A stretch of 62,795 nucleotides of DNA from an uncultured Candidatus Saccharibacteria bacterium (lineage in GTDB: Bacteria; Patescibacteriota; Saccharimonadia; Saccharimonadales; CAZICT01). The notes beneath the pieces are model-generated. The model saw only the letters and a list, made by a program, of their open reading frames with translations. It had not been told where the DNA came from and did no database searches. This document shows, in pieces, positions 40,269-50,592 of the stretch (within the stretch, counting starts at the first letter, position 1; each line of letters opens with the position of its first letter). A program made the translations under genes and the position numbers. The stretch spans positions 1-62,795 of the forward strand of contig CAZICT010000005.1 in assembly GCA_964537935.1 (NCBI GenBank), read 5' to 3'.

Positions 40269-42065
40269 TTATTTTACAGTATTTTTCAGTAATTTAATGG
40301 TGAAGGTTGATCCCTTATGCTTGGTGGAGGTTACTTCCAAATCTCCGCCATGCAGCTCTATCAGTTTCTTAGCCAAGTAAAGGCCTATGCCACTGCCGCT
40401 TGTCTGACGTGAAAGTTCATTAGGGATTCGTGAAAATCTCTTAAAGAGAAGCTTTAGTTCATCCTCATCCATGCCTATGCCTTGATCTGTAACAGAAATA
40501 CTAACAGTGTTTTTACCGGACTTGAGGCCTATGGTTATGTCTGTGTTTTCATATGAGTATTTAATGGCATTTGTCACCAAATTTTCAATTGCCATACGGA
40601 TACATTGTTCATCAACCTCGGCATATACATTCTTCTTTGGAAGATCTAAGATAGCAGTCTGACCGCGCGATTCAAAGTAATTTAGCTGTTCATCTACGAT
40701 ATCTTTTAAGAGGCCGCTGATATTGACTCGGCGTTTGCTTAAGACTATGCCCTCGGCATCGATTTTAGCGACATACAGCAGTTCATTGATAATATTCAAC
40801 TGACGCTCATTGCTTTCATAGGCCTTTTCGACTAAAATTTTTTGCTGTTCGCTTAGTGAACCGGCAAAACCTTCTTTAAGCATACCTATGTATTGTTTTA
40901 CGCCCGTAGCAGGTGTTCTTAGCTGGTGCGACGCCAGTGACAGGAGTTCGTCTTTAGCATTTTGAATTTCTCGCTCTTCACGGGCAGACAGTGACCTGGA
41001 TCGTGAAAGCAGCAGCATAAACACAAGCCCGGAAAGCACAGAAGACATTATGAGGCCGAAAGTAAAAGTTCGTAGCGGGCGGTTGCGAAACGCACTCGAT
41101 ATGATGTCCGGCGAAAATCGGTAGCTGATAATCCATTTTCGTCCGAAGACTTCAAGTTCGCTGGAGTAACGGTGGACGCTTTTAGAGTTGTCCAGTTCTT
41201 CATAATTCGCTGTTTCATATAATATGGTGTCGTCTGAGGGCTGACTGTCGTAGACTCTAAGTTGTCTCAATCCATTCTTGTCGTTATCATCGATGCTGGC
41301 GAAAAAATCGTTACTAATAAACGGCGCAAAGGTAAAACCTTTAATTTTTCTCTCAGGAATATCTTGATTGTAGGTAGTTGTTGTGTACACGGGCATATAC
41401 ATTATGAAACCGGAAATGTCGCTTACTTCTGTTGCGTTGCTGACGAACCGCAATCTGCCGGTTAGTGCAGCTTTGCCGGTCTCTGTGGCCGTATCAATCG
41501 CCGCTTTGCGCATAGCCTCAGAGGCTGCATCGAAGCCAACGCCACCTCCCGTTATTCCATTTTTTGAAACGTAGAAACGAATAGGGGTATAAGAATTGCG
41601 TTGACCGTTGGGATAAATAGTTACCGGGTAGTCTACTTCACGGTTTGCTTGACGGACAAAACGTTCAACCTCCGCATCGCTGGAAAGCTTTTCCAAATAA
41701 CCTATACCTTGAAGGCCCAAAAAATTATTATCAATATCAAAACTTTCTACAAATCGCTTCCATTCAGCGTCGGATACGTCAGTTGAAGATATAAATAAAG
41801 AGGAACCACCTTGTAAAATCGCTGCGTATGTATTGAAGGAGCGTAATATGACATGTTCAAACTCTTCAGCCTGAGAAACTATAATGGCGTTACGTTCACG
41901 ATTATAGTTATCAATGGCGTTTACCGTAACCCAAACCGTAATCGCGAAAAGAACAGCAAAAACCATCATCGACGGCAGGACATGGTACACAACGGTTGTC
42001 CTGTTCAGCTGAAAACGCCGTGATAATGCTTTCTTGACATAGAACATATTAGGAGTATAACTCAA
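40269..42065 (-). CDS. sensor histidine kinase with a large extracytoplasmic sensor domain
   Basis: Two TM helices flank a domain of about 280 aa. H-box LSLASHQLRTPAT. ATPase G-box GSGIGLYLAKKLIELHGG. Confidence 0.9.
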   Translation of the reverse strand: MSYTPNMFYVKKALSRRFQLNRTTVVYHVLPSMMVFAVLFAITVWVTVNAIDNYNRERNAIIVSQAEEFEHVILRSFNTYAAILQGGSSLFISSTDVSDAEWKRFVESFDIDNNFLGLQGIGYLEKLSSDAEVERFVRQANREVDYPVTIYPNGQRNSYTPIRFYVSKNGITGGGVGFDAASEAMRKAAIDTATETGKAALTGRLRFVSNATEVSDISGFIMYMPVYTTTTYNQDIPERKIKGFTFAPFISNDFFASIDDNDKNGLRQLRVYDSQPSDDTILYETANYEELDNSKSVHRYSSELEVFGRKWIISYRFSPDIISSAFRNRPLRTFTFGLIMSSVLSGLVFMLLLSRSRSLSAREEREIQNAKDELLSLASHQLRTPATGVKQYIGMLKEGFAGSLSEQQKILVEKAYESNERQLNIINELLYVAKIDAEGIVLSKRRVNISGLLKDIVDEQLNYFESRGQTAILDLPKKNVYAEVDEQCIRMAIENLVTNAIKYSYENTDITIGLKSGKNTVSISVTDQGIGMDEDELKLLFKRFSRIPNELSRQTSGSGIGLYLAKKLIELHGGDLEVTSTKHKGSTFTIKLLKNTVK

Positions 42066-42105
42066 GTTTTATTTTGTAGTGGCGGACATAGGCTAAGATA
42101 GTGGA

Positions 42106-42663
42106 TTATTTTGAAGCAAAGATATACGCACAAACAGAACCGAGCTTGTAGATTGAATAGGTAATAAATATACTGGCGGTCCATTGGAGCAGTCCTGCCA
42201 GATCCTGCAGCGCAACGGTCGACGAAGCACCGGCGGTGGCTAGCAGGGGAGCTAGTAATGATGTACCGCAGGCTAAACATCCGCCGCCTACTACTGCCAA
42301 GATAAGTCCGCTGGCCCCACTCTTTTTTGGGAGAGAGTTAGCGGTTCGGTGTCTCAATGCAAAGACTAAAAGAGCTAGATTTATACCGAACAGGACTGAA
42401 AAAACCACAATACCGACAGCCTGAATACTGTTGTAGGTGGTAAAAATTCCCCAAAATACACTAAAAAAGAAGTCCAGCTTTTCAACTACAGAAATCGGTG
42501 CGCTAAAGAGTATATACATGATTAAATCAAGGTTAAACAACCATAGAAGCAAACTGCTGGCTAATAAACTTCCAAAGATAGCTATCAGTAAATATGCCGG
42601 ACGAGTAATTACCCTTAAAACAGCTTTGGTGCTTATTTTAATTTTAAAAAAAGTTAGCTTCAT
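42106..42663 (-). CDS. polytopic membrane protein with an intramembrane CxxC motif
   Basis: 185 aa. GGGCLACGTSLLAPLL. ATGA-type overlap with the upstream DsbA-like gene. Confidence 0.55.
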   Translation of the reverse strand: MKLTFFKIKISTKAVLRVITRPAYLLIAIFGSLLASSLLLWLFNLDLIMYILFSAPISVVEKLDFFFSVFWGIFTTYNSIQAVGIVVFSVLFGINLALLVFALRHRTANSLPKKSGASGLILAVVGGGCLACGTSLLAPLLATAGASSTVALQDLAGLLQWTASIFITYSIYKLGSVCAYIFASK

Positions 42664-43346
42664 CTAAGTTGTATGTCAATTAAAGTTTTATAAATATTAT
42701 AAGGTTGTGTGCCGGTGACTGTTTGTCCGGATATCTCGATAGTCGGCGTGCTGGTTACCACGGCTTCTTCAGATGCCTTTAGGTCGGTTTTTACTGCCGC
42801 ATCGAATGTATGGTCGTTAAGGCAACCTCTGAACATTACATCATCGATGCCTATGTCCTTGGCTATGGCGGTTAATATGTCAACAGTAAGTATGTCTTCA
42901 AATTCTGCCGCGGTGTTACCTTTAGCAAAATAGTTATCCCACATATATTCAAATACGGCATCATGGTAAGCCAAGAAAGCCTGCTGATCGTTAGCGCAGT
43001 AAGCCCCCTCAGCGGCACGGTACGAATCCGGTCCAATAAAAGGCAGGGTTCTAAATTCCATAGCCGCTTGATTGGTTTGAATATATTCTTCTCTTATCTG
43101 AGCGCCAGTATCGCGATGAAATTGGTTGCAGGACTTACACTTAAAATCTGCGTATTCAATAATTCTGGCCTTTGAATTAGGATTGCCGATAAAGAGTTTG
43201 GTTTGCTTTTCTGACGCAACAGGTGTTTGGTTATTCGTAGAACTTAGATCGGTGTTATGCGGTACGCTTCTAGGAACTAAAATATACAGGCCGCCGACAA
43301 TAAGCAACAGAAATATAATTACAAATAACACGTTTTTGCGCATCAC
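42660..43346 (-). CDS. DsbA-family thiol:disulfide oxidoreductase, membrane-anchored
   Basis: N-terminal TM anchor and thioredoxin-fold active site FKCKSCNQFH. Confidence 0.8.
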   Translation of the reverse strand: MMRKNVLFVIIFLLLIVGGLYILVPRSVPHNTDLSSTNNQTPVASEKQTKLFIGNPNSKARIIEYADFKCKSCNQFHRDTGAQIREEYIQTNQAAMEFRTLPFIGPDSYRAAEGAYCANDQQAFLAYHDAVFEYMWDNYFAKGNTAAEFEDILTVDILTAIAKDIGIDDVMFRGCLNDHTFDAAVKTDLKASEEAVVTSTPTIEISGQTVTGTQPYNIYKTLIDIQLR

Positions 43347-43388
43347 TACGTAAATTATTGTAACGCTTACCAGGCTTAAAGCGAAAAT

Positions 43389-43928
43389 CTAAGGCGTCCG
43401 TGTAAAGTACTGCAAAAAACGGGCCGTTACGTAAAACATTGCACTGTAAAAAATCAACGTACCGTAAAGTTCGACCCGATAACCTTCAAACGGATGGTCA
43501 AGAAAGTAGTATATAGTAGCAGCCGCATACCCGGCCGTACATAGCGTAGCAGTCGTATAAAGTGCCGTAGTACTCTTTAATAAAGCTGCAACTACCAAAG
43601 GTACCGCGTATAGCGCTACGGCATTGCTGGACATGCCGCGCTCAAGATTGACAATCAATGAAGCCAATAGAATATCAAAGCCGATAAAGGTGTAAATTAT
43701 AGCCCTATGAGCCAGTTCGCTTTTAGTACTCTTGGATAACTGCCATAGCACCGCTGTAATTACTGTCAGTATAATCGCCAATGTCCAACGTGTCTTAAGT
43801 GGCTCTGGCGGTATAAGTTTCCAGAGATCAAAAATTAATAATCCAATTACATACACTCCAACGAACAAAAAATGCGTTACAGCGGTATGCTGAGACCTCT
43901 TTGTCAAATAATTAACTGTATTAGCCAT
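43389..43928 (-). CDS. polytopic membrane protein, function unknown
   Basis: 179 aa with 5-6 hydrophobic helices. Confidence 0.5.
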   Translation of the reverse strand: MANTVNYLTKRSQHTAVTHFLFVGVYVIGLLIFDLWKLIPPEPLKTRWTLAIILTVITAVLWQLSKSTKSELAHRAIIYTFIGFDILLASLIVNLERGMSSNAVALYAVPLVVAALLKSTTALYTTATLCTAGYAAATIYYFLDHPFEGYRVELYGTLIFYSAMFYVTARFLQYFTRTP

Positions 43929-44054
43929 GACTATAATTTAACCACAACCATTGTGCCTGCCAAACATAATTTATGATATGACTGGTGTGAGCGTTGTCAC
44001 ATCTGTCTATCACGAAAGTCTATATTATTGATCTAGAATAGATAGTTTTTTGTT

Positions 44055-44549
44055 ATGAAGCAGCAATCAACCGATGTGAAGATACCAAATACTCGATACG
44101 ATGTGTACGAGTTTCTCAAGAGTCAAACCGTGTGTGCTCTCGGAACGTCGGATTCAAATAGAGTACCTCATGTAGCATCGGTACATTTTTTTGTTGATGA
44201 TGAGCTTATTATTTACTTTTCGACCGCTTCAAAAGGTAGAAAATATACAAATATCACAAACCATCCCGTAGTAGCTATGTCAATAACTGACAATAACAAA
44301 AAGCAAACAGTCCAACTTACTGGAAGAGCTGAAATAGTTTCTGATATTGAGCTAGAAAACAAAGTGTTGACTAAGCTTTGGCGGCTCCAATACAAGAGCG
44401 AAAGTTGGCCATCTCCTTTGATTCGAATTTACGAACGCGGTGGAGTCGAAGACATCAAGGTTGTAAAAGTTGTGCCGACTGAAATGACTTATGCTTGTTT
44501 CTCCAGTTTGCCGCGCGCCAATAAGCCTTATTTTCAAAAGATAATCTAG
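44055..44549 (+). CDS. pyridoxamine 5'-phosphate oxidase-family (FMN-binding split-barrel) protein
   Basis: VCALGTSDSNRVPHVASVHFFVDDELIIYFST pattern and size are typical of the family. Confidence 0.65.
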   Translation: MKQQSTDVKIPNTRYDVYEFLKSQTVCALGTSDSNRVPHVASVHFFVDDELIIYFSTASKGRKYTNITNHPVVAMSITDNNKKQTVQLTGRAEIVSDIELENKVLTKLWRLQYKSESWPSPLIRIYERGGVEDIKVVKVVPTEMTYACFSSLPRANKPYFQKII

Positions 44550-44793
44550 TTACACCACCAGATTGCTTACCATAACTAATGGTAGAATGTATTCGCTTTG
44601 GATTCTAAAAAATATACTCGATAATCCTGTTACTCATTCATGGTCGGGTAATGTTTCTTCTGTTAGGCATTATTTCAGGGCAGTATTGACAAAATTCATA
44701 ATAGTAAAAGCTAGCCTGAACAGGCTTAAACATTACTTTGTATTTCAGTCAAAAACTTCTCAATGTCATCTAAAAACAGATATAATAATAAAT

Positions 44794-46161
44794 ATGTCGA
44801 TGGAAGTATCACCAGAACAGATTGAGGTGATTGAAACAACTGATGAGCTGTTAACGGTTTGCGGTGACGGCTTAAAAAGAGAGCTGCACCAGCTTTATGA
44901 CAAACCATTGAGCGGGGATGTGTATATCAGGGCTTTTGCGGCAGCCGCACTTGATGGGCTAGAAGACCAAAGTAGCGATATAACGCAACTGGTCAATGAG
45001 AGCATTGTATTGCGTGATTTCCAAATGCGCGCAGCCGGTAAAATAAATCAAATCGTGCCCTATTCTCAAGCCAATCTGCTTCTTAGGTGCGTTCAAAAGC
45101 CGGCTCTTGAACTTCGTAGGGAAATAGACTATCCAAAAAGCTTCGCAAGTTCTAAGTCATGGAAAAAATTGTTTTCTCTAATTGCAAGTGACATGAATCT
45201 GAGAGAAGAGGCTATAGAAGATTATGCTAATCGCAATGTCACCAGTAATAAAGAGGACAGGTATGCGAGTACTGTGGTAGCTGCTCAACTCTTTAAGCAG
45301 CGGTTCAGCAGTACTATCAGTATCTTCGACATCGGTTGTAGTCAGAATCGTGGCCTAAAGAAAATAGCACTAAAGGACGATGAGCGATTTGCATTTCCGC
45401 CAATAAAAATCGTAAAGAAAGCAGGTGAAAATAAAGATCTGATCCTGCCGGATGCTGATGCAGCGAAATACGTTAATGGTATTATCGCTGCCAGGCTAGC
45501 GCTTGGCGTTTGTATTGGAGATGACATTCTCCCAATATGGGATGCCGGCAATAAGATATGGGCTAAAAACTGCTATTTTTACCCGGGCGAAGTCAACGAA
45601 GAGAGCCTGCGGTTATATGACATGTTGGAAGGAGAGGGGCTAGACGAAGCAATCATGAAAGAATTACGCAAAGTGGAGTTTGTCGAGGCCGATATATTGC
45701 GAACCGCTGTTGATAAAGAATTCAATATGGGCCGGGCGATGTTTGATGTTACCAATTTATCGACCGTCATGGTCTACCAATCCCAAGATGAACAGCAATT
45801 GATGCTTGAAAAAGGCATCGCATATACGAAAGAAAAAACCGCATACAAACAGATAGATATACCGGGAGCTATCGTTATGCCAGCCTCAGACCATGAGCCC
45901 GGAATAGTAGTCATATCGGATTTTGCCGAGCTTGATCCAGTCAATCCGATGGGTCTACGATTCCATCATATAGGCGGTCCGTATAATACGTTTGTCTTTG
46001 ATCGCGGCCATCCGGAGCATGGCTTACAGGAAATACTTCGTTGGTCAAACGGCAGGTGCAAAGAAGCTGAGGTTGGCAGAGGTAAGATTGACGTTGACGG
46101 AAGAGGTCCACGTCCGGTCCGAGAAGTATTGGCCGATACCTACCATACTTTAACTACTTAA
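44794..46161 (+). CDS. hypothetical protein
   Basis: Long ORF 44563-46161. The ATG at 44794 is preferred because tataat lies just upstream and the earlier residues are low-quality. Possible SAM-MTase-like IFDIGCSQNRG, unverified. Confidence 0.5.
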   Translation: MSMEVSPEQIEVIETTDELLTVCGDGLKRELHQLYDKPLSGDVYIRAFAAAALDGLEDQSSDITQLVNESIVLRDFQMRAAGKINQIVPYSQANLLLRCVQKPALELRREIDYPKSFASSKSWKKLFSLIASDMNLREEAIEDYANRNVTSNKEDRYASTVVAAQLFKQRFSSTISIFDIGCSQNRGLKKIALKDDERFAFPPIKIVKKAGENKDLILPDADAAKYVNGIIAARLALGVCIGDDILPIWDAGNKIWAKNCYFYPGEVNEESLRLYDMLEGEGLDEAIMKELRKVEFVEADILRTAVDKEFNMGRAMFDVTNLSTVMVYQSQDEQQLMLEKGIAYTKEKTAYKQIDIPGAIVMPASDHEPGIVVISDFAELDPVNPMGLRFHHIGGPYNTFVFDRGHPEHGLQEILRWSNGRCKEAEVGRGKIDVDGRGPRPVREVLADTYHTLTT

Positions 46162-46182
46162 ACGACTTACAAGTTACTTAAT

Positions 46183-46749
46183 TTATAAAACGACAGATAT
46201 AAATTTTGCGTACTTTTTCATGAAGCGATGATGCCTAGCGGTTATATCAGATAGAGGCAGGTAATAGCTAAAAATAAGCGCTCCTCTCTCCCGGGCATTA
46301 AGCGGATATACGACGCTGCTGCCAATACCGGCACCGGCTTGATTAAACCTGGCCTCTTCAGGAGTTAACTCGGGGGTGAAAAGATATTGCCAGTCGTCTG
46401 TTTTCTGGGGTTTGTTCGTCTGGATAGCTTTTATAAGAATATTTTCCGGATGATTGAGTGGTATTTTTATTTCTTCAAATGGCTTAACAGAAAAATTTAC
46501 AGCGCCTTTTGCCGGCTCTGTCTCAGAAAGTGCTATACGCTCAAGCATATCTTCTTGTTTATTGACAAGCAGCAAAACGACTATCCCTAAGCCCAGAGGC
46601 ATAACATTATGCTTGCCTTCAAAAGGGGAGTTGACAATTGCCTTAAAAAGCTGCTTATCATTTTTTATCGAAGCAAGCTTTTCTTTGAGCGTTTGGTAAT
46701 ACTCGTCTGTGTCGGTATCAAAGAATACACTCACCCCTGTATTATACAC
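46183..46749 (-). CDS. hypothetical protein
   Basis: 188-aa ORF with no motif recognised. Confidence 0.5.
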   Translation of the reverse strand: MYNTGVSVFFDTDTDEYYQTLKEKLASIKNDKQLFKAIVNSPFEGKHNVMPLGLGIVVLLLVNKQEDMLERIALSETEPAKGAVNFSVKPFEEIKIPLNHPENILIKAIQTNKPQKTDDWQYLFTPELTPEEARFNQAGAGIGSSVVYPLNARERGALIFSYYLPLSDITARHHRFMKKYAKFISVVL

Positions 46750-46923
46750 CGGCTTGAGTATTTTTATGTTCTGATGCTAACTTAAAACAAATCCATGTGT
46801 TGGCTTTAGGCATTAAACTTTACTCGATATATGATTAATAACTTGTAATTTATCTGTGGTTATTAAAGAACTTTTACAAAATAACATACGGTTTTACCAT
46901 AGACGGTGTGGTATACATAAGCC

Positions 46924-47166
46924 ATGAAAACTTTGCGCCGAATTAAGCGAATTATCATAGCGGTCATTGGCGTACCATTACTTTTGTTCGGTATTATCCT
47001 GATACCGATTCCTGGGCCTGGACTACTGGTTAGCTTTATAGCCCTAATGATTTTGTCACTTGAATTTTCTTGGGCCGAAAAGCCTTATTTAAAAGCCAAA
47101 CAAGGATTAAAGTCAATTATTGATAAATCTATGGAAAAATACCGCGAAGAAAAGAATCGGGAATAA
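46924..47166 (+). CDS. PGPGW-motif small membrane protein
   Basis: IPIPGPGLLVSF motif within two TM helices. Confidence 0.65.
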   Translation: MKTLRRIKRIIIAVIGVPLLLFGIILIPIPGPGLLVSFIALMILSLEFSWAEKPYLKAKQGLKSIIDKSMEKYREEKNRE

Positions 47167-47183
47167 TAACAAGATTGGTTGAC

Positions 47184-47786
47184 TTAAAAGAAGGTCTGGA
47201 TACCAGTCACCACAAAATCAACACCGAAAGCACCGACAAAGAATCCGTTTACCCTGAGCAGGATTTCAAGATTTTTATCAAAGACGGTCCTGAACCGCTG
47301 TCTCATGCGGTAGCGAAAAACCGCAAGCGATATAACTACTAAAAAGTTAATTAGCATAACAACTGCAATTCCAAAAATCGCACCGGTTTTTGTTAGTGCT
47401 TCTCCCATAAGAATACTGATTGTAATCGTACCGGCGCCTACCATGAAAGGCAGGGCGACTTGAGCCGCTATACGGCTGAGCTCACCCCTGATAGTTATCA
47501 TTGATTCCTTGCCCTGAAGGATAAAGCTCAACGCAAATCCGATCATCACTAATCCGCCGAAGATACGGAAAGATTCAAAATTTATACGCAGAACGTCGGT
47601 AAATAAGCTGTAGCCGATAAATGAAAAGAAGACAAAGATTGCATATGAAATCAGGCTGGCCCGCGCCATAATATTTATAAATGGGCCCAAACCTAGATTT
47701 TGCTTAAGTGGTAACACGTAAATAAATAATGCGAACGGGTTTAATAGAGTTAGGAATAAAACAATGTATGACATCATAGCCTCCAT
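47184..47786 (-). CDS. MarC-family (UPF0056) membrane protein
   Basis: 200 aa with six TM helices, matching the MarC family in length and architecture. Confidence 0.6.
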   Translation of the reverse strand: MEAMMSYIVLFLTLLNPFALFIYVLPLKQNLGLGPFINIMARASLISYAIFVFFSFIGYSLFTDVLRINFESFRIFGGLVMIGFALSFILQGKESMITIRGELSRIAAQVALPFMVGAGTITISILMGEALTKTGAIFGIAVVMLINFLVVISLAVFRYRMRQRFRTVFDKNLEILLRVNGFFVGAFGVDFVVTGIQTFF

Positions 47787-47871
47787 ATATTAGCAGGTCG
47801 TTTGTAAAAAATATGAAATAAACTCATTTGCAAAAAATAGTATAATTTCTGTTTGATAAGGAGGAGCAGAT

Positions 47872-49131
47872 ATGGCGTATATCGGCCAAATGCCTTATAT
47901 GCTAACCGAAGCCGAGCAGGAACGGTTTGGCCTAAGCGAAGTCGAAACGCTCACCAATCAGTCCAATGACAGGATTGTACTGATGATTCCTGAAAACGGC
48001 CTTGCCGCCGGTGATAGAATTCTCTCGCGTCGAAACCCTTATTATGACCCTGACAAACAGCCCGGCTCCGCATATGATAACCGCCCATCGACCTATGCTT
48101 TTACGGATGACTACGGCATGGGCCGTATATTAAGGGCAGCGGAACACCGTCAGTCCGAGGAAAAGCAGCAAATATCTGATGACATTGGCGTTCTAGACAT
48201 TCTTGGTATAAGTCTATCAACAGTTGACATAACGAGCAGTGCAACCGAGGTGGCTCAGGGAGCAATCGCTCGGGTTGGTGCGAATTATGAAAGCGTCCTT
48301 AATGATAAAAAGAAACAAGCTCAAGCAAGGCTTGAATTGGCAGAAGAAATACTCGATTTAATGAAAGAACGCGGCCACCAACTTACAGGCGAGCGACGAA
48401 ACGCAATTATGCAGGCCGCCGGATCGTTGGCTTTAGGCGCGCGACAGGATTTAACCGGCCGTGATTATGATCTTGTGATGCAGCTAAGAAAAAATCAGGA
48501 TCGCCAGAGAGAACTTCGCGAAGAACTTAAGGCCGGTCAAAATGTAAGAAAGGAAATCTCCAAAGCCGCTGAAGGTCATAGTGCAATTGCTGAAAACGAA
48601 GACGACTTTTATCGTCAGGCTGTGAAGATAAAAACCAAGCCAGGCAGTTTGGCAATCAGGAACGGGGAATACCATAAATATGAAGACGGATCCTGGCAAC
48701 TGGTGGTGCGAGGTTTGACGGAGTGGGAAAGCCGGTATAGCGAGATGTTTCCGCCCATAACCAGGTTGCAATACGAAAAAAAGAGAGATATCCAAAAAAA
48801 TACCGCCAAAGTAATCCTAAGACACAGCCTGGGTTTGCTGGTACTTGAAGACACTGTAGACGCCAGCATGATAGGAGGAGACTACACAACTTTAGGCGTA
48901 AAGTTGCGTGACATGCTGTTTAGAACGGAGGAAAAGCTGCTTCAGGGCGATGCGTCTGCTACCGAGGACGCCGAGACTTTTAGGTTCCTGCTGCGATACA
49001 GGGCTATGCCAGGCGAAGATCCGCCAGAACAATGGTATGGCACACTTCCGGAAAGGGCAGAGGAGTTTGTGCCCAGAATTACCCCGGTAAGTGATGAAGA
49101 TTTATTCACGACCATTTATTCACGCGGCTAA
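47872..49131 (+). CDS. hypothetical protein
   Basis: 419-aa ORF preceded by aaggagg. Charged coiled-coil-like middle region, no motifs. Confidence 0.6.
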   Translation: MAYIGQMPYMLTEAEQERFGLSEVETLTNQSNDRIVLMIPENGLAAGDRILSRRNPYYDPDKQPGSAYDNRPSTYAFTDDYGMGRILRAAEHRQSEEKQQISDDIGVLDILGISLSTVDITSSATEVAQGAIARVGANYESVLNDKKKQAQARLELAEEILDLMKERGHQLTGERRNAIMQAAGSLALGARQDLTGRDYDLVMQLRKNQDRQRELREELKAGQNVRKEISKAAEGHSAIAENEDDFYRQAVKIKTKPGSLAIRNGEYHKYEDGSWQLVVRGLTEWESRYSEMFPPITRLQYEKKRDIQKNTAKVILRHSLGLLVLEDTVDASMIGGDYTTLGVKLRDMLFRTEEKLLQGDASATEDAETFRFLLRYRAMPGEDPPEQWYGTLPERAEEFVPRITPVSDEDLFTTIYSRG

Positions 49132-49197
49132 AAAGCGGCTTTGATATTAATGTCATCGTATTGACAAACCAAGAGTCTTAAATTAACATTTAACCAT

Positions 49198-49524
49198 ATG
49201 GTTGAATATACTTTACCACTCGATAATATCTTTCACTCGCTGGCCGATCCGACCCGGCGGGATATTTTGGCGCGGCTCAAGGAGCGACCATTAACGGTCA
49301 GCGAAGTGGCCAGGTCGTATGACATGTCGCTGGCGGCGATCTCCAAGCATCTGAAGGTTATGGAGAAGGCCAAACTAATCAGTAAAAGACGGCGGGGAAA
49401 GGAGCGGGTTGTGTGCGCGGTGCCGGACGCCTTAAAAGAGGCGGATGACTACTTAAGCGCCTATCGTCGGATGTGGGACGAGCGGTTTGACCGCCTGGAA
49501 ATATTATTAAAAGAAGGAGAATAA
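49198..49524 (+). CDS. ArsR/SmtB-family transcriptional regulator
   Basis: LADPTRRDILARL ... LTVSEVARSYDMSLAAISKHLKVMEKAKLI. Confidence 0.85.
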   Translation: MVEYTLPLDNIFHSLADPTRRDILARLKERPLTVSEVARSYDMSLAAISKHLKVMEKAKLISKRRRGKERVVCAVPDALKEADDYLSAYRRMWDERFDRLEILLKEGE

Positions 49525-49525
49525 G

Positions 49526-50035
49526 ATGGAAAAGACAAAAGTAACCAAAGACCTGAATAATAAGACGCTCACCATTGAGCGGGTGCTGGACGCGCCGATA
49601 GACAAGGTCTGGCGGGCCTATGCCGATAAGCTATGGTTCGAAAAGTGGTGGGGCCCGGAGGGCTGGGTGACAACCACCAAGGAGTTTAATTTCGTGCCGG
49701 GCGGCCGGGTGCATTATGACATGAAGTGTGTCGACAAAAATCAAGGCGACTGGTACGGCCAGTCATCCTGGGGAGTGATGGTCATCGAAAGCGTTGACGA
49801 GCCGAATAGCTTTACCTACAAGGACTATTTCTCTGACGAAAACGGCACGCTCAATCAGGAAATGCCGGCCCTGACTGTCACTAATGAATTCATTGAAGTG
49901 GACGGCAAAACCAGGCTGGTCAGCCGTAGCCTGGCCGCGTCGGCTGAACAGATCGAAGAACTCATTAAGATGGGTATGCTCGAAGGCTTCGACAGTCAGC
50001 TTAGTAAACTTGACCGAATATTTGCAGAAGAGTAA
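49526..50035 (+). CDS. SRPBCC / AHSA1-domain protein
   Basis: ERVLDAPIDKVWRAY...WWGPEGW pattern. Commonly paired with ArsR regulators. Confidence 0.75.
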   Translation: MEKTKVTKDLNNKTLTIERVLDAPIDKVWRAYADKLWFEKWWGPEGWVTTTKEFNFVPGGRVHYDMKCVDKNQGDWYGQSSWGVMVIESVDEPNSFTYKDYFSDENGTLNQEMPALTVTNEFIEVDGKTRLVSRSLAASAEQIEELIKMGMLEGFDSQLSKLDRIFAEE

Positions 50036-50046
50036 GGAGTTTATCC

Positions 50047-50547
50047 ATGAAAAATATTGCTCCCAGCCTGTGGTTTGACAACAACGCCGAAGAAGCGATG
50101 CGCTATTACGTGAGTGTATTTAAAGACTCCAAAATCAACCGGATCGACTACTATCCCGACGAGTCTCTGGACGAGCACTTTAAGGGCATGAGCGGCAAGG
50201 TCATTAATGGTGAGTTCGAGCTAAATGGCCAGCGGTTTATTTGCCTGGACGGCGGCCCTATTTTCAAATTCAATGAGTCCATTTCCTTTACGGTCGAGTG
50301 CGACGATCAAGCCGAAGTCGACTATTATTGGGAAAAACTGTCGCATGTGCCGGAATCCGAGCAGTGCGGCTGGTGCAAGGATAAGTTTGGGCTTTCATGG
50401 CAGATAGTGCCAAAACAACTTGGGGAATTAATGAAGGGTGATGATACCGAGGGCGTTAAGCGAGTTACCGCCGCTATGATGCGGTCCAAGAAGTTCAATA
50501 TAGCCGAACTTGAAGATGCCTATGCAGGCAAAATAACCGGTAAATAA
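50047..50547 (+). CDS. VOC-superfamily PhnB-like protein
   Basis: IAPSLWFDNNAEEAMRYYVSVF ... CGWCKDKFGLSWQIVP is typical of the PhnB/DUF family. Confidence 0.75.
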   Translation: MKNIAPSLWFDNNAEEAMRYYVSVFKDSKINRIDYYPDESLDEHFKGMSGKVINGEFELNGQRFICLDGGPIFKFNESISFTVECDDQAEVDYYWEKLSHVPESEQCGWCKDKFGLSWQIVPKQLGELMKGDDTEGVKRVTAAMMRSKKFNIAELEDAYAGKITGK

Positions 50548-50592
50548 ATTAAAAGCAACCCTACAGTAGATGATTTTATAAAGCACAAGGTT

